A DNA stretch of 64,000 nt from an uncultured Eubacteriales bacterium. Lineage in GTDB: Bacteria; Bacillota; Clostridia; Oscillospirales; CAG-382. Under the pieces are notes generated by a model that saw nothing but the letters and a program-made list of their open reading frames with translations, made no database searches and was not told where the DNA came from. Shown here in pieces: positions 38,214 through 46,436 of the stretch (its first letter is position 1; each line of letters begins with the position of its first letter). The position numbers and the translations under genes were made by a program. Location of the stretch: NCBI GenBank assembly GCA_900548115.1, contig URJL01000004.1:7101-71100 (forward strand). The letters run 5' to 3'.

Positions 38214-38227
38214 TGGTACGACCACCA

Positions 38228-38242
38228 AAGAACAACCTGTGA
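38228..38242 (+). repeat. left inner inverted repeat (putative recombinase half-site)
   Basis: AAGAACAACCTGTGA is the inverted partner of 46408-46422 (14/15). It lies 14 nt from the proposed crossover GA. Confidence 0.7.
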
Positions 38243-38640
38243 AAACGAAGTGCCGAAAACCCTTGATTTTATTGGATTTTTCCGCTTTTTCAGGTTGTAC
38301 AAGCCTTACCGCCCTGCAACCATATAATGGTACGGGTCTTCTCATACTTTTTCACGTTCCTCTTACTAAAATAATTCCTGTACTTATATTGTATAGAGTT
38401 CATACTGCTTTTTGGATATGTCTGTACAGTTCCATACATTCGCCAATATAATTCATTACGCTGCCTTTATGAAAGCGGTAGAGGTAATAATGAAAAAGTG
38501 GCAGGATTAAATTATAAATACCGCAAACAAAACAGTTCGGCTTCTTTATACAATCTTAATGTCTTACGCAAAAACTCTAATGCCATCTTTATAGGAATTG
38601 TGCTATCATAATACGGAAAAATGTGATCGAGGTATTTTGA

Positions 38641-39969
38641 ATGGAAATACTGAAAAGAAAACTATCTACGTTTCAAATAATACTGCTGGGGTTTGCAGGG
38701 GTCATATTGCTTGGCGCATTGATATTAACTCTGCCGATTTCTTCAAAGTCTCATGAATGGACGTCATTTATCGATGCTCTGTTTACTTCAACATCTGCCG
38801 TGTGTGTAACAGGACTTATTGTGTTCGATACCGCAACGCATTGGACGATATTCGGGCAGAGCGTCATATTGTTGCTAATTCAAATCGGCGGTATGGGCGT
38901 TGTAACAATTGCAGTTTCACTTGCCGTTGCCTCCGGTAAAAAAATCGGGCTGTTCAGCCGTGAAACAATGAAAAACGCAATTTCCGCGCCGAACGTGAGC
39001 GGAATCGTTCGGTTGACCGGATTTATAATCAAGGGGATCTTTTTGATTGAAATGATCGGCGCACTGATTATGCTCCCTGTGTTTTGCAAGGATTACGGCG
39101 CGGAAGGTATATGGATGGCTGTTTTTCACTCCGTGTCTGCATTTTGCAATGCCGGATTCGATATTATGGGAACCAAAAGCGGAGAATTTGCTTCTCTGAC
39201 TCACTACTCCGCACAACCGGTTATCAATATTACGATTATGCTGTTGATTATTATCGGCGGTATCGGGTTCCTTGTATGGGAAGACATTTGCAAACACAAG
39301 TGGCGAATAAGAGAATATCGCACGCAGAGCAAACTTGTTTTGATTGTTACGGCTGCGCTGATTGTTTTCCCCGCTGTTTATTTCTTCTTTTTTGAATGTG
39401 GCGACTTGCCTGTCGGAGAACGAATACTTGCGTCTTTATTTCAATCTGTAACGCCGAGAACGGCAGGCTTTAACACGATAAATCTTACCGCAATCAGTGA
39501 TACGGGATTATACCTGATGATTATTCTTATGTTGATAGGCGGTTCACCGGGTTCGACAGCAGGCGGTATGAAAACGACGACGATAGCAGTCTTGTTTTCT
39601 TCTGCTTTTTCCGTTTTCCGAAAAAAAGATAATGCCGAACTCATGAAACGTCGGATTGATGATGAAACCGTAAAAACAGCTTCGGCAGTGTTTTTGATGT
39701 ACATAACTCTGTTTTTGGCTGGCGGAATGGCGATCAGTACGATTGAAAATTTGCCTATCACATCCTGTCTTTACGAAGCAGCCTCCGCCGTAGGTACGGT
39801 AGGACTGACACTCGGCATTACTCCGACACTCGGTAGCGCTTCTAAAATGATTCTGATTATATCCATGTTCTTTGGTCGGGTGGGCGGATTAACGCTGATC
39901 TATGCCGCTTTCGGAGCAAATAAAAAGCAAGTAGCAAAACTTCCGGTGGATACAATTGCCGTTGGCTGA
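38641..39969 (+). CDS. ktrB: TrkH/KtrB-family potassium uptake membrane subunit
   Basis: 442-aa polytopic protein with a repeated MPM-type pattern (..GGMGV.., ..IGGIGF.., ..GGSPGSTAGGMKT.., ..GTVGLTLG..). Confidence 0.9.
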   Translation: MEILKRKLSTFQIILLGFAGVILLGALILTLPISSKSHEWTSFIDALFTSTSAVCVTGLIVFDTATHWTIFGQSVILLLIQIGGMGVVTIAVSLAVASGKKIGLFSRETMKNAISAPNVSGIVRLTGFIIKGIFLIEMIGALIMLPVFCKDYGAEGIWMAVFHSVSAFCNAGFDIMGTKSGEFASLTHYSAQPVINITIMLLIIIGGIGFLVWEDICKHKWRIREYRTQSKLVLIVTAALIVFPAVYFFFFECGDLPVGERILASLFQSVTPRTAGFNTINLTAISDTGLYLMIILMLIGGSPGSTAGGMKTTTIAVLFSSAFSVFRKKDNAELMKRRIDDETVKTASAVFLMYITLFLAGGMAISTIENLPITSCLYEAASAVGTVGLTLGITPTLGSASKMILIISMFFGRVGGLTLIYAAFGANKKQVAKLPVDTIAVG

Positions 39970-39987
39970 GCTGAGGAGGATATTTAT

Positions 39988-40641
39988 ATGAAAACAAAAT
40001 CTGTTTTATTGATAGGTCTCGGACGTTTCGGAAAATACATAGCAATGAAATTGCACGAATTGGGACATGAGATCATGGCAGTAGACGCAAATGAGGAAAG
40101 AATTAACGATGCTATGCCGTATGTGACTAACGGACAAATCGGCGACAGTACAAACGAAGCGTTGCTGAAATCTCTCGGTATAAAAAATTACGATGTTTGT
40201 ATCGTAACAATCGGTGGGGACTTTCAAAGTTCTCTTGAAACGACCTGCTTATTAAAGGAATTGGGCGCGCAAAAGGTTGTGTCTCGTGCCGAACAGGATG
40301 TACAGGCGAAATTTCTTCTGCGTAACGGCGCGGACGAAATTATCTACCCCGAAAAGCAACTTGCCACATGGGCTGCAATCCGATACACATCCGACCATAT
40401 TCTCGATTATATAGAACTCGGTGATTCCAGCTCGATTTTTGAAGTGTCCGTTCCGCAGGCATGGATGGGAAAATCAATTGCAGAGATCGATATTCGCAGA
40501 AAATACAATGTAAACATCATCGCCACAAAGAAAAACGGAAAAATCAATGCGGTTGTTACCGCCGACACAGTTCTCTCGGGTGACGAAACGCTTTTGGTGC
40601 TCGGAGACTATAAGGCTTTGCGCAAATGCTTTGATATTTAA
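39988..40641 (+). CDS. ktrA: TrkA/KtrA RCK-domain potassium uptake regulatory subunit
   Basis: GLGRFG Rossmann motif (TrkA_N) plus a TrkA_C domain; 217 aa. Confidence 0.9.
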   Translation: MKTKSVLLIGLGRFGKYIAMKLHELGHEIMAVDANEERINDAMPYVTNGQIGDSTNEALLKSLGIKNYDVCIVTIGGDFQSSLETTCLLKELGAQKVVSRAEQDVQAKFLLRNGADEIIYPEKQLATWAAIRYTSDHILDYIELGDSSSIFEVSVPQAWMGKSIAEIDIRRKYNVNIIATKKNGKINAVVTADTVLSGDETLLVLGDYKALRKCFDI

Positions 40642-40656
40642 CGGATATCAAAGAAG

Positions 40657-40950
40657 GTGATTGCCGTGGGAGATATCATACTTGTTTTTGCGGTAATTGC
40701 AATTATGGTTGGCGGCTTTTTCGTTATGAAAAGGCTCGACGCTTTCCCGGAAGCAAACGAGGAAGCCACTAAAAAAGAATACAAAAATACTCCGAACGTG
40801 CAGTTCCTTGATACGGATGACTATGAGAAAGTTATTTCCGATATAGAGAAATTCAAAATTACTCACGAAGACATAAAACTGATTATTTACGACGGAAAGA
40901 ATGATGATCTGACCGATATGATGAAACTTTACGATCACACGGATATGTAG
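40657..40950 (+). CDS. small membrane protein, unknown function
   Basis: 97-aa ORF with GTG start 5 nt after GAAGG, one N-terminal TM segment and an acidic tail. No family recognised. Confidence 0.4.
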   Translation: MIAVGDIILVFAVIAIMVGGFFVMKRLDAFPEANEEATKKEYKNTPNVQFLDTDDYEKVISDIEKFKITHEDIKLIIYDGKNDDLTDMMKLYDHTDM

Positions 40951-41134
40951 ATTTATTCGGAAAAATATGTTATAATGAAAGCGTATAGTTTTGCTTCGCA
41001 AGCCTTACGGCGTTCCGCTGTTCAGCACTTCGTGCGTTCGATTCATTGACGGCTGTGCAAAATGCCCTTGCAAGCAAGCATTTTGCTTATGGTAATAAGT
41101 GTGATTCAATTTTCAAGGAGCGTTGTCATATCGG

Positions 41135-43093
41135 ATGAAAAACAGTTTTTCTGAAAACACAAAAGAACACATATTGGTCTGCCTGTCGTCCGCACCTTCC
41201 AATACAAAAATCATTCAGACTGCGGCAGCTATGGCAAGGGCGTTTCACGCGTCCTTTTCGGCATTGTATGTAAAAACTCCCGCTTCCGAATATATGGAAA
41301 CGGAAGACAAGAATCGTTTGCTCACGAACATTCATTTTGCTGAAAAGTGCGGTGCGACAATCGTTACAGCGTGCGGAGATGATGTACCCTTTCAAATTGC
41401 CGAATATGCGCGGCTTTCGGGTATCACGAAAATAGTGATTGGCAGAAGTGTTGTGGGCAAGCGACGCTTCATCGGCAAACCGACCTTGACGGAAAAGCTG
41501 ATATCGCTTGCTCCTAATGTCGATATTCACATTATTCCGGACAGTGATGCCGTTATAGCCAAAGGAAAGAAAACGCTGTTTGAAAAGCCGCATTTTGCAA
41601 AACTCCTGAAAGGCTTGGCGGTTTCGGCGATTTTACTATCGTTTTCAACTCTGCTCGGTTTCCTTTTTTCATACCTTGGTTTCACGGAAGCAAACATCAT
41701 TACAGTCTACATGCTCGGCGTTTTGATTACAGCTATCCTGACGGAAAGCAAAACCTGCTGGGTAATATCATCTGTTGCGAGCGGATTGGTGTTTAATTTC
41801 TTATATACCGAGCCGAGGTTTACATTCCGGGCTTACGGAAGCGGTTATCCGGTGACATTTATTATCATGCTTGCGGCCTCCCTTATAATAGGCGGCACAG
41901 CCGAAAAGCTGAAAAAGCGGGAGCGGCAGGCTTCGCAAACCGCATACAGAACAAAAATACTTTTCGATTCCAATCAATTGATTCAAAAAGCGTCAGATGA
42001 ACGGGAAGTGTTCCGGGTTACAGCCGATCATTTGAGAAAGTTATTGAGTCGAAATGTAATTTTATTTAATGAGAGCGCGGAAAAAATATACGATTCATTT
42101 ACAGATACAAAAGACAGTCCGTCAGAGGATTACAGGCAAATTGTCCGGTGGGTAATAAATAATAATCAAAAAGCCGGACAAGGAACGGGAATTTATTCCG
42201 ACAGCAGTTATGTTTTTCTGCCGATATGTAAAAACGAAAAGAATTACGGAGCAGTCGGCATTTTTGTCGGAAATAATCCGATCGATTCTTTTGACGAAAG
42301 CATTGTGGTTTCCGTCATCGGAGAATGTGCAATTGCCGTTGACGGAATCGTAAACGCAAAAGAAAGAGAGCGCACCGCGGTTTTGGCAAAAAACGAACAG
42401 CTGCGCGCAAATCTGCTTCGCTCCATATCACATGATCTGCGAACACCGCTCACGTCCATTTCGGGAAATGCAAGTAACCTTATTTCAAACGGAAATGCTT
42501 TTGATGATGCTACCAAAATACAGATTTATGAGGATATTTACAGTGACTCTCTTTGGCTTATCAATCTTGTTGAAAACCTGCTTGCGGTGACACGCCTCGA
42601 AGAAGGCAGAATGAATATAAATCTAACGACCGAGCTTGTCCGTGATGTAATAGACGAGTCGCTGAAACATATTTATAAAAAAAGTGACAAGCAAAAAATA
42701 AGCGTAATACAGCAGGATGATTTGCTCCTTGCAAAAATGGACGCACGGCTTATTGTGCAGGTTTTAATCAATCTTCTTGACAATGCTATCAAATATACGC
42801 CATCCGATTCGCAAATTACGATTACTGCAAAAAAAGACGGTAATATGATTTCCGTAAGCGTATCGGATAACGGAAACGGCATTTCGGACGAACAAAAATT
42901 GCGCGTTTTTGATATGTTTTATACCGGCACAAACAAAATTGCCGACAGTCGTCGCAGTATCGGATTGGGTCTATCGTTATGCAAATCTATCATAAATGCG
43001 CATGGCGGAGAAATAACGATAACGGACAATGTTCCGCACGGCGCGGTATTTACCTTTACATTGCCCATCGGGGAGGTGGAAATTCATGAGTAA
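41135..43093 (+). CDS. kdpD: KdpD-type sensor histidine kinase, short form (Usp - 4TM DUF4118 - GAF-like - HisKA - HATPase_c)
   Basis: Usp-like ILVCLSSAPSN..KIVIGRS, TM block, H-box SHDLRTPLTSI, N/G boxes LLDNAIKYTP and GLGLSLCKSI. Start is ATG 41135 or TTG 41123. Confidence 0.8.
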   Translation: MKNSFSENTKEHILVCLSSAPSNTKIIQTAAAMARAFHASFSALYVKTPASEYMETEDKNRLLTNIHFAEKCGATIVTACGDDVPFQIAEYARLSGITKIVIGRSVVGKRRFIGKPTLTEKLISLAPNVDIHIIPDSDAVIAKGKKTLFEKPHFAKLLKGLAVSAILLSFSTLLGFLFSYLGFTEANIITVYMLGVLITAILTESKTCWVISSVASGLVFNFLYTEPRFTFRAYGSGYPVTFIIMLAASLIIGGTAEKLKKRERQASQTAYRTKILFDSNQLIQKASDEREVFRVTADHLRKLLSRNVILFNESAEKIYDSFTDTKDSPSEDYRQIVRWVINNNQKAGQGTGIYSDSSYVFLPICKNEKNYGAVGIFVGNNPIDSFDESIVVSVIGECAIAVDGIVNAKERERTAVLAKNEQLRANLLRSISHDLRTPLTSISGNASNLISNGNAFDDATKIQIYEDIYSDSLWLINLVENLLAVTRLEEGRMNINLTTELVRDVIDESLKHIYKKSDKQKISVIQQDDLLLAKMDARLIVQVLINLLDNAIKYTPSDSQITITAKKDGNMISVSVSDNGNGISDEQKLRVFDMFYTGTNKIADSRRSIGLGLSLCKSIINAHGGEITITDNVPHGAVFTFTLPIGEVEIHE

Positions 43094-43796
43094 CTTATTG
43101 GTTTTGGTGGTTGAGGACGACGCACCTGTTCGTAACCTCATCAGCACGACACTGAAAACACGCGGTTACGAATATTTGATTGCGCAAAACGGCGAAAGTG
43201 CCATTATGGAGGCATCCTCACATAATCCGGATGTTGTTTTACTTGATTTGGGACTGCCGGATATCGACGGCGTGGATGTTATCAAAAAAATACGCACATG
43301 GTCGGAAATGCCGATTATCGTAATCAGCGCCCGCGCCGAAGATAAAGACAAAATCGACGCTTTGGATGCCGGAGCGGACGATTACCTGACAAAGCCTTTT
43401 TCCGTAGAGGAACTGCTTGCAAGACTTCGTGTTATGGGCAGAAGGCTTTCGTCTATGCAGTCTTCCGGAAAATCCGACTCGCTTTTTGTAAACGGAGATC
43501 TGAAAATAGATTATGCAGCAGGGTGCGCCTACCTTAGCGGTGAAGAGCTTCACCTTACACCCATCGAATATAAACTGCTGTGCTTGCTGTCCAAGAATGT
43601 CGGGAAAGTGCTTACCCACACGTTCATTACGCAAAAAATATGGGGTGCGGCGTGGGAAAGCAATGTAGCGTCTCTACGCGTATTTATGGCTACTTTGCGC
43701 AAAAAAATCGAACCGTCCCCCGATTCGCCGCAGTATATACAAACTCATGTCGGTATTGGGTACAGAATGGCGAAGTTGGACGGCGATCAAATTTAA
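43086..43796 (+). CDS. kdpE: OmpR-family response regulator, KdpE-like
   Basis: LVLVVEDD..DLGLPDIDG receiver domain plus winged-helix (LTPIEYKLL..YIQTHVGIGYR). ATG overlaps the kinase stop by 8 nt. Confidence 0.85.
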   Translation: MSNLLVLVVEDDAPVRNLISTTLKTRGYEYLIAQNGESAIMEASSHNPDVVLLDLGLPDIDGVDVIKKIRTWSEMPIIVISARAEDKDKIDALDAGADDYLTKPFSVEELLARLRVMGRRLSSMQSSGKSDSLFVNGDLKIDYAAGCAYLSGEELHLTPIEYKLLCLLSKNVGKVLTHTFITQKIWGAAWESNVASLRVFMATLRKKIEPSPDSPQYIQTHVGIGYRMAKLDGDQI

Positions 43797-43881
43797 TCCA
43801 AAACATTAAACAAGAAAAATATTGCATAATGCAATAAATTTTATTTTTACATAGTAGAAGGAGAACCAAACTAATTATAGG

Positions 43882-44127
43882 GACCTATTTTATCCACTGC
43901 TTACTTTTCGCGTAAACACAAATATTTCCATTGATGCTTTCTTTGACTACTTTAATCTTGTTCCGGACGATCCTATCGAATCCACTACCGTCAATGGTTG
44001 GATTATTGAGATGTGCAATGAGATACCGCGTATGGGATATTCATTTACATACGAACGATTTTTGATTACGGTGACAAAGGTTGAAAATACGCATACATTG
44101 GAAATCAAAGTAGAAATTCCGAATTAA
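43882..44127 (+). pseudogene. 3' fragment of a CNNM/TlyC-type (CorC_HlyC domain) transporter gene
   Basis: Frame without a start codon encodes ..NISIDAFFDYFNLVPDDPIESTTVNGWIIEMCNEIPRMGYSFTYERFLITVTKVENTHTLEIKVEI, which has the pattern of the CorC_HlyC C-terminal domain. Confidence 0.5.
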
Positions 44128-44226
44128 AAAACTTCCCGCTATTCTGCCCAAAGTGTAAACAGGAAACACGGATAAGTGTGAGACAACATAAAATAATAAT
44201 ACACAAAGTGCCGGACGCAAAGACGC

Positions 44227-44278
44227 AGAGCCAATAAACCGCGCGATTTTACGCGATTTATTGGCTCTTTATGTTTTT
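44227..44278 (+). terminator. rho-independent terminator inside the element
   Basis: AGAGCCAATAAA/TTTATTGGCTCT stem (plus an inner CGCG pairing) followed by a T-rich run. Confidence 0.6.
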
Positions 44279-44614
44279 CCGTAAAGACGGCTATTATAAA
44301 GCAAATCGGCGGTTTGAATGAAAAATCAAGCCGCCGTTTGCGACGACTTTAATCACCGGACGCGGCGGTATCAGGAGGGATCGCTGTGTTATTTTTATAT
44401 TTTGTTCACTCACGATACTCCCTCACAGCCACAGTTCGAGCGTTGAGAGCGTCGCAAACGATGGGTGAGGTTGCGCCAAAGAGAGAGCAAGGGTGAAACT
44501 CCCGTGGAGCTATGTTGATAGCCGTCCGATTAAAGCCCTTTATTTTATGTTGTAATAGTGGACTTGCCGCTTTTCATATAGTGTAACAGTCGCCTTTTTG
44601 AAAGGGGGATTTCC

Positions 44615-44779
44615 ATGAAGCAAAGCGATAAATCCAAAATTGGTGACGAAAAAGAAATTTGCGTCAGTGTTTTCAAAAGCGGCGGGAACACAACGAGCAA
44701 AGAAGAATATACAAAGAAGTGGATTGAGCTTATCCATCGAATTGAAAAAAGCAAAAGGTTAAACTTTTGCGACACTTGA
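44615..44779 (+). CDS. 54-aa TnpW-like small protein (candidate accessory/directionality factor)
   Basis: AAAGGGGGA RBS + ATG. Not in the ORF track because it is under 60 aa. KIGDEKEICVSVF....TSKEEYTKKWIELIHRI resembles the IG..Y.V.V.F....KE...KI..LI pattern of transposon TnpW proteins (tentative). Confidence 0.4.
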   Translation: MKQSDKSKIGDEKEICVSVFKSGGNTTSKEEYTKKWIELIHRIEKSKRLNFCDT

Positions 44780-44806
44780 TGACAAGTTGATTTTTTATGG
44801 TATAAT
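44776..44806 (+). promoter_or_regulatory. possible promoter of the recombinase gene (extended -10)
   Basis: TGGTATAAT at 44798-44806. Weak -35 TTGATG with a 19-nt spacer. No obvious sigmaE/sigmaK -10 seen. Confidence 0.35.
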
Positions 44807-44841
44807 ATATCCATAAGGAACAGCTTGTCCTTTCTTTATCA

Positions 44842-46407
44842 ATGAAAGTAGCTATTTATTGCCGCTTATCCGAAGAGGACAGAAACAAGCAATTTGAAAC
44901 CGACGACAGTAACAGCATACAGAACCAAAAAGCAATGCTGTTGCAGTACGCTATGGAACAGGGGTGGGAACTTTACAACATTTACAGCGACGACGACTAC
45001 ACGGGTTCAGATAGACGACGCCCGGAATTTAACCGTCTGCTCAAAGACGCAGAAGCGCACAAATTTGATATTATCCTCTGTAAAACACAATCCCGCTTCA
45101 CCCGTGAATTGGAATTAGTTGAAAAGTACATACACGGGTTATTCCCTATTTGGGGTATTCGTTTCATCAGCATTGTTGACAACGCCGATACCGCCAACAA
45201 GGGAAACAAAAAGTCACGTCAAATCAACGGACTTGTCAATGAGTGGTATTTGGAGGATATGTCCGAGAATATCCGCAGCGTTTTAACCAACAGACGAGTG
45301 AACGGTTTTCATATCGGCGCATTTGCCCTTTACGGGTACAAGAAAGACCCCGACCAAAAGGGACACTTGATAATCGACGAAGAAGCCGCAGCCGTTGTCC
45401 GAGAAGTATTTACCCTATTCGCACAGGGTTACGGAAAAACTGCGATTGCCCGTATGCTCAATGACAGGGGCATACCAAATCCAACTGAATATAAGCGTCT
45501 GCATGGCTTGCGGTATCAGCAGCCGAAAACAAAGAACAGCACCCTTTGGAAATACTTTGCTATTTCTGATATGCTGATAAATGAAATCTATATCGGTAAT
45601 ATGGTGCAAGGAAAATACGGCAGCGTTTCCTATAAGACGAAGCAGAACAAGCCCCGTCCCAAAAGTGAGTGGTATGTCGTAGAGGGTACGCATGAGCCGA
45701 TTATAGATCGTGAGTTATGGGACAGAGTACAGGCGTTAATCGAACAGAGGGCAAAGCCCTTTGACGTTGGCACAGTCGGTTTATTTGCAAGAAAAGCCCG
45801 GTGCGCTAACTGCGGTTACACCATGCGTTCATCAAAGTCTGCACCGGGGCGCGGAAGCAAACATTATTTACAATGCTCCAACCGCCATGTGGCAAAGGAC
45901 GCTTGTATCGGCTCTTTTATCTCTGTTGATAAATTGGAAAGGCTTGTAATAGATGAGCTTAACCGTTTAGCAACCGATTATCTTGACAAAGACGAGTTAG
46001 AGCAGAACATTGAGTTTTGCGACAACTTACAGGAGCAGAAAGCCCGTCTACTCTCTGATATTGCAGTCTACGGAAAAAAGGTTGCAGAGTATTCAAAAGG
46101 TATTCGGGAGCTTTACATGGATAAGGTCAAGGGCTTAATCTCTGAAAGCGATTATGTAGAAATGTCTAAAGATTTTACCACAGAGCGTGAACGTTTGGAA
46201 CGTGTAATTGCTGACGGAGAAAAGCAGTTAGCCGAAATCGAAGAAAAAATTGCGGCGGGCGATAATCGCCGCGAACTGATTGAACAATACACCAACTTGG
46301 AACACCTTACCCGCGAGATTGTGGAAACGCTGATTGATTATATATCCGTCGGCAAGCGTATTCCGGGAACAAGGAACGTTCCGATTGAAATTCACTGGAA
46401 CTTTTAA
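44842..46407 (+). CDS. large serine recombinase (SpoIVCA/SprA-like)
   Basis: 521 aa. Resolvase catalytic domain (VAIYCRLSEEDR, catalytic Ser), recombinase domain, Cys-rich zinc ribbon (CANCGY...CSNRH...C) and coiled-coil. Ends ..IEIHWNF, 30 nt from the element junction. Confidence 0.92.
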   Translation: MKVAIYCRLSEEDRNKQFETDDSNSIQNQKAMLLQYAMEQGWELYNIYSDDDYTGSDRRRPEFNRLLKDAEAHKFDIILCKTQSRFTRELELVEKYIHGLFPIWGIRFISIVDNADTANKGNKKSRQINGLVNEWYLEDMSENIRSVLTNRRVNGFHIGAFALYGYKKDPDQKGHLIIDEEAAAVVREVFTLFAQGYGKTAIARMLNDRGIPNPTEYKRLHGLRYQQPKTKNSTLWKYFAISDMLINEIYIGNMVQGKYGSVSYKTKQNKPRPKSEWYVVEGTHEPIIDRELWDRVQALIEQRAKPFDVGTVGLFARKARCANCGYTMRSSKSAPGRGSKHYLQCSNRHVAKDACIGSFISVDKLERLVIDELNRLATDYLDKDELEQNIEFCDNLQEQKARLLSDIAVYGKKVAEYSKGIRELYMDKVKGLISESDYVEMSKDFTTERERLERVIADGEKQLAEIEEKIAAGDNRRELIEQYTNLEHLTREIVETLIDYISVGKRIPGTRNVPIEIHWNF

Positions 46408-46422
46408 TCACAAGTTGTTCTT
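46408..46422 (+). repeat. right inner inverted repeat (putative recombinase half-site)
   Basis: TCACAAGTTGTTCTT is the reverse complement (14/15) of 38228-38242. It lies 14 nt from the proposed crossover GA at 46437-46438. Confidence 0.7.
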
Positions 46423-46436
46423 ATATGATTGCAGCA

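Larger units (their letters stand above)
38212..46436 (+). mobile_element. 8,225-bp cotJC-intervening element with large serine recombinase (skin-like)
   Basis: Splits cotJC exactly. Shared GCAGA at both junctions. 15-bp inner inverted repeats. Recombinase gene at the right end. Visibly AT-richer than both flanks. Confidence 0.85.

Noticed and set aside
37807-38451. The listed 214-aa ORF taken as an intact, unusually long CotJC
   Set aside because: Family similarity ends at residue 135 (..NEDLAA). The remaining 79 residues are read-through into AT-rich element DNA, and the true C-terminus is at 46437-46640.
38492-38505. 13-14-nt identity ATGAAAAAGTGGCA shared with 46819-46832 (both MKKWQ.. 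starts)
   Set aside because: Matches of this length are expected by chance many times in a 64-kb window. The 38492 ORF is only 6 codons long.
38214-38640. c-di-AMP (ydaO/kimA-type) riboswitch upstream of ktrB
   Set aside because: The region is AT-rich and lacks the G-rich conserved boxes (ACGGGGA, GGGGU.AAUC, CCCGA). I see no convincing pseudo-symmetric stem architecture by eye. An Infernal scan is needed to be certain.
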